A stretch of DNA of 64,000 bases from an uncultured Verrucomicrobiales bacterium (lineage in GTDB: Bacteria; Verrucomicrobiota; Verrucomicrobiia; Verrucomicrobiales; CAZUPP01), in assembly GCA_964622095.1 (NCBI GenBank), contig CAZUPP010000001.1, positions 67,393 to 131,392 on the forward strand, read 5' to 3'. This document shows positions 1 through 9,087 of the stretch, piece after piece. Numbering within the stretch: the stretch's first letter is position 1; every line of letters begins with the position of its first letter. The position numbers and the translations under genes were made by a program. The notes below the pieces were generated by a model. That model searched no databases. It saw only the letters and a list, made by a program, of their open reading frames with translations, and had not been told where the DNA came from.

Positions 1-678
1 AGCGGTAGCAATTGGACTCTGGAGGCGGATACCTCGGTGGCCCCGTCTTACAACACCTTCGGAGGGCAGGCTGTAGGCGGGACCATTTATTTTTCAGGAA
101 CGGTATCAGGCAGCACCTTTATTTCCCGTTTGGATAGTCAGGGCAGGAGAGATTCCCTTGTCAGTATTGGCGGATTTTCGGCCGGACTGGCGGTAAACGC
201 TGCCGGAGATATCTACTATGGGACGACCGGCACCGGCAATGACGGAGTCTACCGGTGGAGCGCAGCGGATATTCAGGCCGCGATTGATGATCTGGATACC
301 ATGGCAGATTCGTTCTTGGATTTAAGTGACGGCCAGCGTCTGTTTGACTTGCCGGCCGGCGGATCTGGGATTGCCGTTGATGACGATGGTAACGTAATTT
401 TTACCGCCAATGATTTTGCCGCTTTCCCGGACGTTGGCAGCACCTTGGGAATCTGGGATAATGATACGGGTGAAATTTTCACTCTAAGCCTGACGGGTGA
501 TGGCGACGCACTCGGAAGCATTTCGGCCGAAGGCAATGTCCTCGCCGGTGATCCGTTCTACGTCGCATGGAATGACGGCACTGCACGCCAGGCTTTTTTA
601 ATTCCAGAAACTTCATCTGGTCTTCTCGCCGCCTGCTTCCTCGCGGCTTGGTTCGTAAGGCGGCGTAATCGCAGGTAA
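1..678 (+). CDS. PEP-CTERM sorting-domain secreted protein (5' end probably outside window)
   Basis: The frame is open from nt 1, with no stop upstream of the GTG at 37. The C-terminus IPETSSGLLAACFLAAWFVRRRNRR has a PEP-like motif, a TM helix and an Arg-rich tail. The body is Gly/Asp-rich and repeat-like. Confidence 0.7.
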   Translation, partial: SGSNWTLEADTSVAPSYNTFGGQAVGGTIYFSGTVSGSTFISRLDSQGRRDSLVSIGGFSAGLAVNAAGDIYYGTTGTGNDGVYRWSAADIQAAIDDLDTMADSFLDLSDGQRLFDLPAGGSGIAVDDDGNVIFTANDFAAFPDVGSTLGIWDNDTGEIFTLSLTGDGDALGSISAEGNVLAGDPFYVAWNDGTARQAFLIPETSSGLLAACFLAAWFVRRRNRR

Positions 679-686
679 TCTCTCGA

Positions 687-2096
687 ATGAGACAGGCGGT
701 ATTTATGCGTTTAAGCCATCATCTTCCACCTGCGGGGCGGGCAATTGCTCGCCTCGTGACGATGATTTCGGTGCTCATCGTTAATCTTATCTTGGTTTCT
801 GCCCATTCTTTTGCCGGACCCTATTCCGAGGCATTGAATGATCCGACGAATGAGAATGATGCCCCAATCCCCGGTTTTGTTGGGCCTGACGGGGACGGGA
901 TTTCCGATTTTTCGGAGACTCAGTCGAACTTTGTCAATCCCATCTTTTTTGGCTGGGTCACACAGGTTTTGGATTACTCACCTGCACCGGGCGTTGCCCT
1001 TCAATGGACGAATACGGACAATCTGGAAGGAATTGTCACTGGAGACAATTTTCATGTTGTCTCCCTGGGAGACCTCCGGGATCCGGAGACCGCGCCTGTC
1101 CTGGGCGTCGACCCCAACGACCTTACTGATGACTTGGGTTTCGTTGGCGTCGACGAGCCAGGCTCGGTTACGGTAACCTTTGATCAACCGATCGTAAACT
1201 TGTCTGGGGCGGATTTTGTCGTCTTTGAGAACGGCTTCCTATCCGATTTCAGCATGACCGGAGATGAGGTCTTTGCTGAACTTGCGTATGTGGAAGTATC
1301 TTCTGACGGAAACAACTTTATTCGTATTCCTCCATTGAGTCTGACTTCAGAAGCGGTCGGGCCGTTTGGTGCGGTTGATCCCTCCAATGTTTTCAACCTT
1401 GCGGGTAAGCACGTAAATGAACAAAGCAATTCATGGGGAACGCCCTTTGATCTTGAAGACGTGGGAGTGGATAGCATCACTCACATCAAGCTGATCGACA
1501 TTCCGGGCGACGGAACATTTACGGATTCTTCTGGAAACCCGATCTATGATGCCTGGGTCACGATCGGCTCAGGCGGGGCTGATCTTGAGGCGATTGGCGC
1601 AATATCTCAGATTCGCCAGTATAATGGCTGGCCGCAACTCGCCGAATTAAATGTCGCCGATCGTGATCCACTGGATGATCCCGAACTCGACGGTAAACTG
1701 AATCTTTGCGAATACGCTTTTGCCACCCTTTGCTGGCTGCCAGATGCAGGAGTGGGAAGTCCGGTTTCATCGGTCGTGAAGGACAATGGCAGCCTGTTTG
1801 CCGAAATCCAATTTCGCCGTGACGAACGCGCCCGTGATGTCACCTATGAAGTGGAAGCGGCGGATCACCCGAATGGTCCGTGGACGGTCATCGCGCGCAG
1901 CGAGAATGGCAATCCACTGACGGCGGTCAACAACTCCGGCGCGATCATTACAGAAGCGTCCGCGTCAGAGATCGCCTCGATTGGGGTAATTCGTAAGGTG
2001 ACGGTGCGTGATTCCGTGACGACGGGTAATACCAGGCTACGCTTTTTGCGGGTGCGGCTATCGTTGGCTGACCAGAACTTTACTTCCCTGCCATGA
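687..2096 (+). CDS. Secreted/anchored hypothetical protein
   Basis: 469-aa ORF with an N-terminal hydrophobic segment (MISVLIVNLILVSAHSFAG). Its stop overlaps the next gene's start (ATGA at 2093-2096). I recognised no family. The start is uncertain; an internal Met lies at 762. Confidence 0.55.
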   Translation: MRQAVFMRLSHHLPPAGRAIARLVTMISVLIVNLILVSAHSFAGPYSEALNDPTNENDAPIPGFVGPDGDGISDFSETQSNFVNPIFFGWVTQVLDYSPAPGVALQWTNTDNLEGIVTGDNFHVVSLGDLRDPETAPVLGVDPNDLTDDLGFVGVDEPGSVTVTFDQPIVNLSGADFVVFENGFLSDFSMTGDEVFAELAYVEVSSDGNNFIRIPPLSLTSEAVGPFGAVDPSNVFNLAGKHVNEQSNSWGTPFDLEDVGVDSITHIKLIDIPGDGTFTDSSGNPIYDAWVTIGSGGADLEAIGAISQIRQYNGWPQLAELNVADRDPLDDPELDGKLNLCEYAFATLCWLPDAGVGSPVSSVVKDNGSLFAEIQFRRDERARDVTYEVEAADHPNGPWTVIARSENGNPLTAVNNSGAIITEASASEIASIGVIRKVTVRDSVTTGNTRLRFLRVRLSLADQNFTSLP

Positions 2097-2896
2097 GATA
2101 TCTGAACGAAAAAGCCTTTACCCTTGTTGAGATTCTGATTGTGCTCGCAATTCTTGCGGTCCTGGGAGGCCTCGTTTTTGCCGCTGTAAATAATGCGAAA
2201 GACCGGGGACTGATGGCGCAGAGTACGAATAATATCCGGCTGATCACCACAGCGAATCTCGCCTATGCCGCGGATAATGGTGAATATGTCCCGGCCGCGG
2301 ACCGCTGGAATAACCGGCGGTGGTGTGGAGCACGACCTTCAAGAAAAGAATCTTATGACGCCTCAGAAGGTTTTCTTTCTCCTTATCTGGGTAGATCACG
2401 CAGCGTGACGCCTTGCCCTTTATTCAGGGATATGCTCACCGGCGGTGATTCGTTCGAGAGTGGAGCAGGCGGCTATGGTTACAACTCCCAGTATGTCGGT
2501 GGGCGACCGGGCGGTGGCTATGATGAAGATGGAATCCTCATTTCAGCCACAATCGGCCAGATTTCCAATCCGGACAGTGTTGTAATGTTTGCTACGACCG
2601 CTCTGGCTCGTTCCTCCGGGGTTCAGGAGTATCCCTTCGCCGAGCCGCCTTTTTGGGATTTTGGATATGGCCCGACATCCTCGCGCCCAACCCCAAGTGT
2701 TCATTTCCGGTTTAATGGGAAAGCCATTGTATCATGGTGTGATGGACATATTTCAGTTGAAGAACCCAACGACAGTGCCGGTGGATTTAATCCCTATGGC
2801 GGTGATCCAAAGGAGCATAATCTCGGGTGGTTCGGGCCGGATGAAGGCAATGGGTATTGGAATCCTCAAAGCCCTATCGCCAATGGAATCCAATGA
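2093..2896 (+). CDS. Prepilin-type N-terminal cleavage/methylation domain protein (pseudopilin-like, H-X9-DG-type C-terminus)
   Basis: The N-terminus KAFTLVEILIVLAILAVLGGLVF is the classic type IV pilin/T2SS pseudopilin leader plus hydrophobic helix. The C-terminal FRFNGKAIVSWCDGHIS resembles the DG-H motif of the PVC-abundant family. Confidence 0.8.
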   Translation: MRYLNEKAFTLVEILIVLAILAVLGGLVFAAVNNAKDRGLMAQSTNNIRLITTANLAYAADNGEYVPAADRWNNRRWCGARPSRKESYDASEGFLSPYLGRSRSVTPCPLFRDMLTGGDSFESGAGGYGYNSQYVGGRPGGGYDEDGILISATIGQISNPDSVVMFATTALARSSGVQEYPFAEPPFWDFGYGPTSSRPTPSVHFRFNGKAIVSWCDGHISVEEPNDSAGGFNPYGGDPKEHNLGWFGPDEGNGYWNPQSPIANGIQ

Positions 2897-2912
2897 AGTC
2901 TATTTCTTGATC

Positions 2913-5900
2913 CTAAGTCAAAGACGGATAGAAGGGGTCCTTCGGCATCAGCTGAGCTGCCCGGCTCAGGAAATAATTCACTTCCTCGGCTTTATCCAGC
3001 CGGCCGCGGCTTGCACTCTCCAGATGAAGGAGGGCGGCATGCGGGGTGTAGATTATCTTTAGCCCGTCCTCGCGCAGGCGCAAGCAGTAGTCGATGTCAT
3101 TGAATGACACGGCCAGATTGTTTTCGTCAAAGCCACCAGCTTGCAGAAATGCTTTTTTCCTCGTCAGCATGCAAGCCGCGGTGACCGCAGCAACTTGCCG
3201 CGTCAGGCCAGCCAACATCATGGGGCTCTCATAGGCCGATAGAATTCGCGTCCAGCAATGCGTCGCTCCTTTATCGCCCTGCACGGAAACACCCGCATGT
3301 TGGATCGTAAAATCTCCGTAGTGCAGTCTTGCTCCTACTGCGCCGACCTCAGCCCGCTGGCCGTGTTCCAGCATAGCGCTCAACCATTGTGGATCGGCTG
3401 CTTCCGTATCATTATTCAGAAAGAGCAGATACTCTCCGCGGGCTTCCTTCGCCGCCATATTATTCATTGCGGAAAAATTGAAATTGCCGGAATGCTTCAC
3501 GACGCGTAATTCTTCTTTCTCCAGATATTCCAGCGTTTCAGGCTTTTCGCTCTCATTATCAACCACGATGATCTCGTAGTTCTCGTACTCTGTAATCTCG
3601 CGAATTGATTGGATGCAATTGCGCAGTAATTCGACCCGGTCGCGGGTTGGGATAATGATCGAAACCAGATCACGTTCTACAATCGGCCGGGTCAGCCGAA
3701 AAGTATTTGGAAGAGGCGATGATTCGATCCTGGCCGGCAGCGCCTCTTTCTGCGAAATCCAACTAACGATCCATTCTTCCAGTAAAGTCCGGTATGATCT
3801 AGGCAGGACCAGGGGCTCTCTCCGCGTGATCGTCGGAATATCCACGCGACTTGGAGTTATCCCGTTCTCCCTTAATTTCACCAGCAGACAGGCGATCTGC
3901 CCTTCCGCGATCAATCGCCATACGCTGCTATCGTCATTTAAGAGATCCCGCTGAAACAGATAGCCTTCCCGCCAGCATGGGCTGGAGACAAAAAGATCAT
4001 CATCCCACTCCAGCGCTGGCTCCCAGGTTAGAGTATTATTTTCGACGACCGCTTCATGGCCATAGAGAACTCGCGTGTCCACATTTGCTTTAGCCGATAC
4101 GATTACTCCGGCGAGGAGCGCTTCGTCCACGAGGCATCCACTTCGCAAAGGAAAAATCCAATCCACGTCCCGGCATACCTTACGGCTCATTTCACGCAAG
4201 CCCTCCGCGTCACCGGGTGCGACACGATGAACCTGTTCGTCGTCATTCACATCGTGTGCTTCCGCCAGCACAATCAATGGACACGAGCCGCCTTCTATTA
4301 AAGCGTGAAGGCTATTGAGGGTTCTTTTTAGTTCTACCGGGTCGACCTGATTGTAGATAATAAAACCTACCCTTGCCAGATTTTGTCCCGCCTCCTTTAT
4401 CGCAGCGGCTTTCTTCTCACGAATCCGCACTCCAGAATCGATATCCACTTCAAGAAAGTGCTCCGAAACATCCCCGCCCGAAATGGTGTAGAGTTCCGTC
4501 AGTCGTTGCCGGGTTTTATCTAGCGCCTTCTGCAACGGACCATAGGGGATGACTTTACTCCCATCGCCTTTCATCTTCGCCTGCATAAACCGCGGCAAGT
4601 TCGCGGCCTTCCAACGCTTGCTCCTTGTCAGGCGATCCACGGATTGCTGAATTTCCGCGAGGCCTTTGGATAACTTAACCAGTCCCTTGTGAGTTTGTCG
4701 ACGCAGTTTCTGGAAGCGCCTCGCTGCGGCGTGGCCTGCGGAACTTGCCTCCGCCGCATGCTGGGTAGGCAGCCAGAAGACATCATTGACCCGGGTTGGA
4801 TGCGCCTGCGCCCACTGTTTATCATAGCTCGGCCCGTCTCCATGAGCTCCCTCCTGAAAAAGTGGTTTCGCTTCAAACTCCTCCCGAAAACAAGGTAGTT
4901 TTTCCCATTCATCAATCGCATCTTTGAGTCTTGCGTAAATATTTGGTGGTATGGAGTCGATACGTTCCTGTTTGACCTCATCGGAACCTATTTTGAAAAA
5001 ACGTTCCTCCCCGGCCTCCATGAAATCATATTCCGTCACATCCGCACTGATTAATCCACGGACCAGTTTATACTCTTCAGTTGTCGCGCATACGCTTCTC
5101 AGAAATGAATCATCCCCGATGATAATTCGCTCCTTGGGCTGTTCGGCTTGCGGTGGCCAAAGGACCTTTCCCTTCACGTCGGGAGGAACGTCGTATTCCA
5201 AAAACTTGCCCAGCGTAGGATAGACGTCCAGAAGAGAGACCGCGCCTCTGCTCTCTATCGTCTGCCTTGCTTCATAATTGCCGGGTAAGCGAAACATCAG
5301 TGGTACTCGAAAGACCGCTTCATGATCCAGGTGATGGTGAAACATCACCCCTTCCTCACCAAGGAGATTCCCATGGGGCGAAGTAAAGACGATCAGGGTA
5401 TCTTCATAAAGATTTCGTTGCTTTAAGCCTGCGATTACCTTGCCTATCTGGGCATCCAGATAGCGGACGGATGCATCAAAGCCGCGGTGAATGTAATCAA
5501 TTTCGTCAAAATCCTCCGGCCATGGCAGAATATTTTTCTCCGCCTCAATAAAGAATTCCTCCAGTTCAGAAAGCCATCCTGCCATTTCAGGGGTGACCTG
5601 GTCTGCTGCGACGCAGTCCAGCCTCACGCGCTCGAGCCATCCGCCAAACTCGTATCCCTCGAGCCCCCGGCGAAGTTTTGCTGGAGCGTGCGGCAATAAT
5701 TCGGCAATATCTGTCGCCATCACCGGTGCCCCTTGCAGATACGCTGCTGTTTTCTTAATCGTTCGATCCATTAAGGGTGGCCACTCGCCTCTGGATAAAC
5801 TGGTCTGCACAGACTGCAGGTGTGAGTAGGTTTCGATTCCCCGGATTTGCTCCACCGCGTTACGATCCCTTACCGGTCCCGCAGGGTTTGGCCGAAAATA

Positions 5901-6935
5901 TTCCTTCGGGACATGTGCTGGAGGATGAACATCAAAAAACTGCGTCCAGATAAACCAGGGTGTACTTTGAGGCATGCTGTCCAACTCTCTCAGAAGACGT
6001 CGTGCCATAATGCCTCCATCTTCGCTCGGATTGCCGTTGGACGGCACCACCTTATGAAACAGCCATTGAAACCCAGCCGCGGCCTGACCTGTATCGTGTT
6101 TCGATGGGAGAAAGAGTGTCCGGTAACCTTTCTCCGCGAGGGACAGCGGCATGGAGCGCACGTAGAGAGGCAAGCCATCCGTTTCCGTCAGCGCCCCGAG
6201 TTCTTTGGAGAAACGACCAGTCAGCAGCCCGCAATACGCACCTGTGGTATTGACATAACTCGTTCGTGCCTGCGGAAAGGACACGCTCTCCTCGCGCAGC
6301 GCGTCGATATGAGGTGTGCCGATCCGTTCGTTGTTCAGACAGTCCGCCCGCAAACCATCCGCCGTCAAAAGTAGCACGTTAGGTCTCGAAAACTTTCGTT
6401 CCTCCCAAACTTGGAGAAGTGGCGCTTTTTTTACGCGCACGCCCTGCAAAACTGGGTCACTCCATCCAGACCAGGCATGAGCGCCCGCGGCGAGCCCCTC
6501 ACTTCTTGTTTCAAAACGAAGAAAAAACTCCTCCCCTTTATCCACCTCCAACATCAATTCTACCTCATGCCAGAACCGGCTCTCATCTTTTCTCGGATCC
6601 AGCACATATTCCCAGATCAGTTCTTCGGCAATATCATTGCCAGTCCGTGAAAGAAATAATCGCATCCGCACCGTCCCAGGCATGCGCTTTCGAATCGCAG
6701 GTTTCAGACCCACTCCAAATTCCATCGTCGGCTGCTCTTTTTCAGTCAGCAGCTTGGGTGTGCGCACCGTAGACGGGGGATGCATGAACAGCGTCACCCG
6801 TGCATCCTGTTCCAGATTAAAATGCTGAATCTCAATGAACGAAGCCTCTGGTGACTTTCGCTCTGAGTCGCTAACAAAATCTATAAGATGGATTTCATTC
6901 ATATCTAATTTGATCCTTGACTGAAGTTTCTTCAT
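2913..6935 (-). CDS. Multidomain polysaccharide-modifying protein: N-terminal unknown region, sulfatase-fold (alkaline-phosphatase superfamily) domain, degenerate GT-A-like region, C-terminal family-2 glycosyltransferase
   Basis: The sulfatase-like N-motif is RPNVLLLTADGLRADCL...GTPHIDALREESVSFPQA, followed later by LIVFTSPHGNLLGEEG. The GT2 motifs are VSIIIPTRDRVELLRNCIQSI, EIIVVDNES and LLFLNNDTE. The ORF extends to 6974, but the Met at 6935 overlaps the upstream stop (TGATG), so I prefer 6935. Confidence 0.8.
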   Translation of the reverse strand: MKKLQSRIKLDMNEIHLIDFVSDSERKSPEASFIEIQHFNLEQDARVTLFMHPPSTVRTPKLLTEKEQPTMEFGVGLKPAIRKRMPGTVRMRLFLSRTGNDIAEELIWEYVLDPRKDESRFWHEVELMLEVDKGEEFFLRFETRSEGLAAGAHAWSGWSDPVLQGVRVKKAPLLQVWEERKFSRPNVLLLTADGLRADCLNNERIGTPHIDALREESVSFPQARTSYVNTTGAYCGLLTGRFSKELGALTETDGLPLYVRSMPLSLAEKGYRTLFLPSKHDTGQAAAGFQWLFHKVVPSNGNPSEDGGIMARRLLRELDSMPQSTPWFIWTQFFDVHPPAHVPKEYFRPNPAGPVRDRNAVEQIRGIETYSHLQSVQTSLSRGEWPPLMDRTIKKTAAYLQGAPVMATDIAELLPHAPAKLRRGLEGYEFGGWLERVRLDCVAADQVTPEMAGWLSELEEFFIEAEKNILPWPEDFDEIDYIHRGFDASVRYLDAQIGKVIAGLKQRNLYEDTLIVFTSPHGNLLGEEGVMFHHHLDHEAVFRVPLMFRLPGNYEARQTIESRGAVSLLDVYPTLGKFLEYDVPPDVKGKVLWPPQAEQPKERIIIGDDSFLRSVCATTEEYKLVRGLISADVTEYDFMEAGEERFFKIGSDEVKQERIDSIPPNIYARLKDAIDEWEKLPCFREEFEAKPLFQEGAHGDGPSYDKQWAQAHPTRVNDVFWLPTQHAAEASSAGHAAARRFQKLRRQTHKGLVKLSKGLAEIQQSVDRLTRSKRWKAANLPRFMQAKMKGDGSKVIPYGPLQKALDKTRQRLTELYTISGGDVSEHFLEVDIDSGVRIREKKAAAIKEAGQNLARVGFIIYNQVDPVELKRTLNSLHALIEGGSCPLIVLAEAHDVNDDEQVHRVAPGDAEGLREMSRKVCRDVDWIFPLRSGCLVDEALLAGVIVSAKANVDTRVLYGHEAVVENNTLTWEPALEWDDDLFVSSPCWREGYLFQRDLLNDDSSVWRLIAEGQIACLLVKLRENGITPSRVDIPTITRREPLVLPRSYRTLLEEWIVSWISQKEALPARIESSPLPNTFRLTRPIVERDLVSIIIPTRDRVELLRNCIQSIREITEYENYEIIVVDNESEKPETLEYLEKEELRVVKHSGNFNFSAMNNMAAKEARGEYLLFLNNDTEAADPQWLSAMLEHGQRAEVGAVGARLHYGDFTIQHAGVSVQGDKGATHCWTRILSAYESPMMLAGLTRQVAAVTAACMLTRKKAFLQAGGFDENNLAVSFNDIDYCLRLREDGLKIIYTPHAALLHLESASRGRLDKAEEVNYFLSRAAQLMPKDPFYPSLT

Positions 6936-8218
6936 CACCCCTTGCCCGTCACTTGCTCGACGAGCCGTAACCACTCGCTCAGGTTTCTTGAGAAAATAGG
7001 CGCCCGTTCAGGAAATAATTGGACCGGCCTGGGTGTTGCACCCTGCCTTTCCTGGATTACCGCCGCCATTGCGTCCGCCCAAGCCTTGGCGTCATCCGGT
7101 TTAACGAAGCGAATATGCGCTTGGTCGGCTTCGTTATATTCCTGCAGTTCCCGCAGCCCCGGCAGATCACTCATCAGTAAGGGTGCACCGCAGAGAATCG
7201 CGGATTTCGCAACCATCGTGCCGCTCTCGTGCCATTGTGAGGGCACTGCGACCGCCGAGCATTTTTGGATTTCTTTCCAGATCTGACGGTGCGGCACCGG
7301 ATCTTCAAGGCGTAATCGTGGATGCCTATGCGCTACTTCCTGGAGCTGAATATAGTCCTGCGACTTATTAGGCGTCATGATCATTCGGACCTGTATCCTT
7401 GGTGTTTCCGGGAGATAGCTTAGGGCCTCCGCCAGAATATTTGCGCCTTTCCAGGGAGCGGATGGGCCCACAAACAGCACCGAAGGCGGATCATCCGGCT
7501 CAACGGTTTCCATCTCGGGCTGCTCCCAGTCTTCGATCCGTGGTCCGTTTTCAATGAGCACCAGTTTTTCCGGTGGATATCCGTGCTCCTCCAGTAAAGA
7601 GCGGACCAGCCGCGTCAGCACAACAATATGCCGCGCCTTTTCAAAATTCTCCCGCATGGCGTCTGGACGGCGTGCCATCTTCGCCTTTATCTGCTCTTCA
7701 TTCGTTCCGTAAAAGCCGGGAAATCTCTGGGTCACACATCGCGTACACCAGTTTGGTTCTGGACCGTCACAGATCTGGCCATCCACCCGCCATAGCGTAT
7801 GCAGCGGACATAGCGCCCAAAAATCAGTCAATAAAGCGATCGCTGGGATTCCATGCCTCCGGCAAGTCTCAAAAACCGCCGTGGAATGCTTCAGGGCATG
7901 CGTCACGATGACTAAATCCGGCTGCTCCCGGTGCAGTTCTCGTTGGAGAAAAGAACACTGAAAATCTCCGCGCCACTCGCGTTCTGCCCCTTCTGCCGCC
8001 AGGGCCAGATTGAATCGGAGCTCCGCCACCGGTATGCCATCATATTCTCTGCGGGATACACCAAAGTCATGAAAGCGATTTCCGGGTACGTCCCGGAAAG
8101 TCCACACCCGCACCTGATGCCCCTCTTCAGCAAGCCCCTTCGCCAGCCAGTGGGTGTAATACTCTGTCCCTGCTGGAAAGTCCGGCAGATACTGGTGAAC
8201 CACAAATAAAACCGTCAT
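6935..8218 (-). CDS. Glycosyltransferase, GT4/GT-B fold
   Basis: The N-terminus MTVLFVVHQYLPDFPAGTEYYTHWLAKGLAEEGHQVRVWT is typical of GT4 enzymes. The C-terminal half (VLFVGPSAPWKG...VPSQWHESGTMVAKSAILCGAPLL) matches the Glycos_transf_1 E-x7-E region. It is translationally coupled to the downstream gene. Confidence 0.75.
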   Translation of the reverse strand: MTVLFVVHQYLPDFPAGTEYYTHWLAKGLAEEGHQVRVWTFRDVPGNRFHDFGVSRREYDGIPVAELRFNLALAAEGAEREWRGDFQCSFLQRELHREQPDLVIVTHALKHSTAVFETCRRHGIPAIALLTDFWALCPLHTLWRVDGQICDGPEPNWCTRCVTQRFPGFYGTNEEQIKAKMARRPDAMRENFEKARHIVVLTRLVRSLLEEHGYPPEKLVLIENGPRIEDWEQPEMETVEPDDPPSVLFVGPSAPWKGANILAEALSYLPETPRIQVRMIMTPNKSQDYIQLQEVAHRHPRLRLEDPVPHRQIWKEIQKCSAVAVPSQWHESGTMVAKSAILCGAPLLMSDLPGLRELQEYNEADQAHIRFVKPDDAKAWADAMAAVIQERQGATPRPVQLFPERAPIFSRNLSEWLRLVEQVTGKG

Positions 8219-8375
8219 CCCGGGCGGGACCTTGGGCCCTCTGCCGACGGCGTGACAAGGCTCTTCTTCTTCCAGCCGCTGAAATCCTCAAAAACCACTT
8301 GATGACCATTCAAATCCAAAGCATCTTTCCAACTCTGGAAGAGGTGATCTGTCTCACCCTCCCATCCCTGTCTGA

Positions 8376-8450
8376 TCCAGCGTAGCTCAGCGGTAGAGCA
8401 GGTGGCTGTTAACCACTTGGTCCTAGGTTCGAATCCTAGCGCTGGAGCCA
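8376..8450 (+). tRNA. tRNA-Asn (anticodon GTT)
   Basis: The cloverleaf is readable by eye. Acceptor TCCAGCG/CGCTGGA; D-arm GCTC-AGCGGTA-GAGC; anticodon arm GGTGG-CTGTTAA-CCACT (GTT); variable TGGTC; T-arm CTAGG-TTCGAAT-CCTAG; discriminator G; encoded CCA. Confidence 0.92.
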
Positions 8451-8621
8451 TTCTCCGCCCCTCTCTCCCCCTGTTCCGTCAGGCATCGGGGAATGGTTCC
8501 TTCCCACTTGACCTGGCGTGATTTGATCTTGCCATGGAGCGGCTACTTTGGCGACAGGCCGGGTCATTCCTTATGGAACTTTCACTTGCGCGAATATGCA
8601 ACTTTCGGTATATGCAGACTC

Positions 8622-8996
8622 GTGAAGGTTATCCAGGTTTACAAGTGTCTCTGTGACGAGTTCCGCCTGCGCATCCTGAATCTCCTCAAAGACGGGCCCT
8701 TATGCGTCTGTCATCTCATTGAGATTCTTGATTGTGACCAGGTCAGGATGTCCAAACAGCTCCGCTACATGAAGGAGCTCGGTATGGTCGAAGGCACGCG
8801 CCAGGCCCAGTGGATCGTCTATCGGTTGGCTGACCCCACCCATCCCATCCTCGCGGAGAATCTCAAGTGCCTCCAGGATTACACCCGAGAGCAATTCTAT
8901 TTCGCTGAAGATCTGCGTAAGCGGGCGCGCATTATCGAGCGCCTTGAGGCCTCCGGTGAGCCTTGCCCGGACCTCCTGAACGCCCCCGGAAAATAA
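8622..8996 (+). CDS. arsR: ArsR/SmtB-family metalloregulator
   Basis: Contains FRLRILNLLKDGPLCVCHLIEIL with the CVC As(III)-binding motif, plus a wHTH (MSKQLRYMKELGMVEGTRQAQWIVYRL). The ORF opens at 8493, but the GTG at 8622 gives the usual length of about 124 aa. Confidence 0.8.
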   Translation: MKVIQVYKCLCDEFRLRILNLLKDGPLCVCHLIEILDCDQVRMSKQLRYMKELGMVEGTRQAQWIVYRLADPTHPILAENLKCLQDYTREQFYFAEDLRKRARIIERLEASGEPCPDLLNAPGK

Positions 8997-9087
8997 GTCC
9001 AGATCCGCGCCTCTCCCTCCACCCGCCGCTCATCATTTTCTTTTCCTCATCTAACCTCCATAAACACCAGCCCCGCCACCTGCCACC

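Noticed and set aside
6936-6974. 13-codon N-terminal extension of the 1353-aa ORF (MVTARRASDGQGV)
   Set aside because: It would overlap the upstream GT4 gene by 40 nt. The Met at 6935 instead gives a TGATG stop/start overlap typical of translational coupling, but the choice cannot be proven from sequence alone.
8215-8451. 78-aa minus-strand ORF
   Set aside because: It overlaps the tRNA-Asn gene on the opposite strand and so is spurious.
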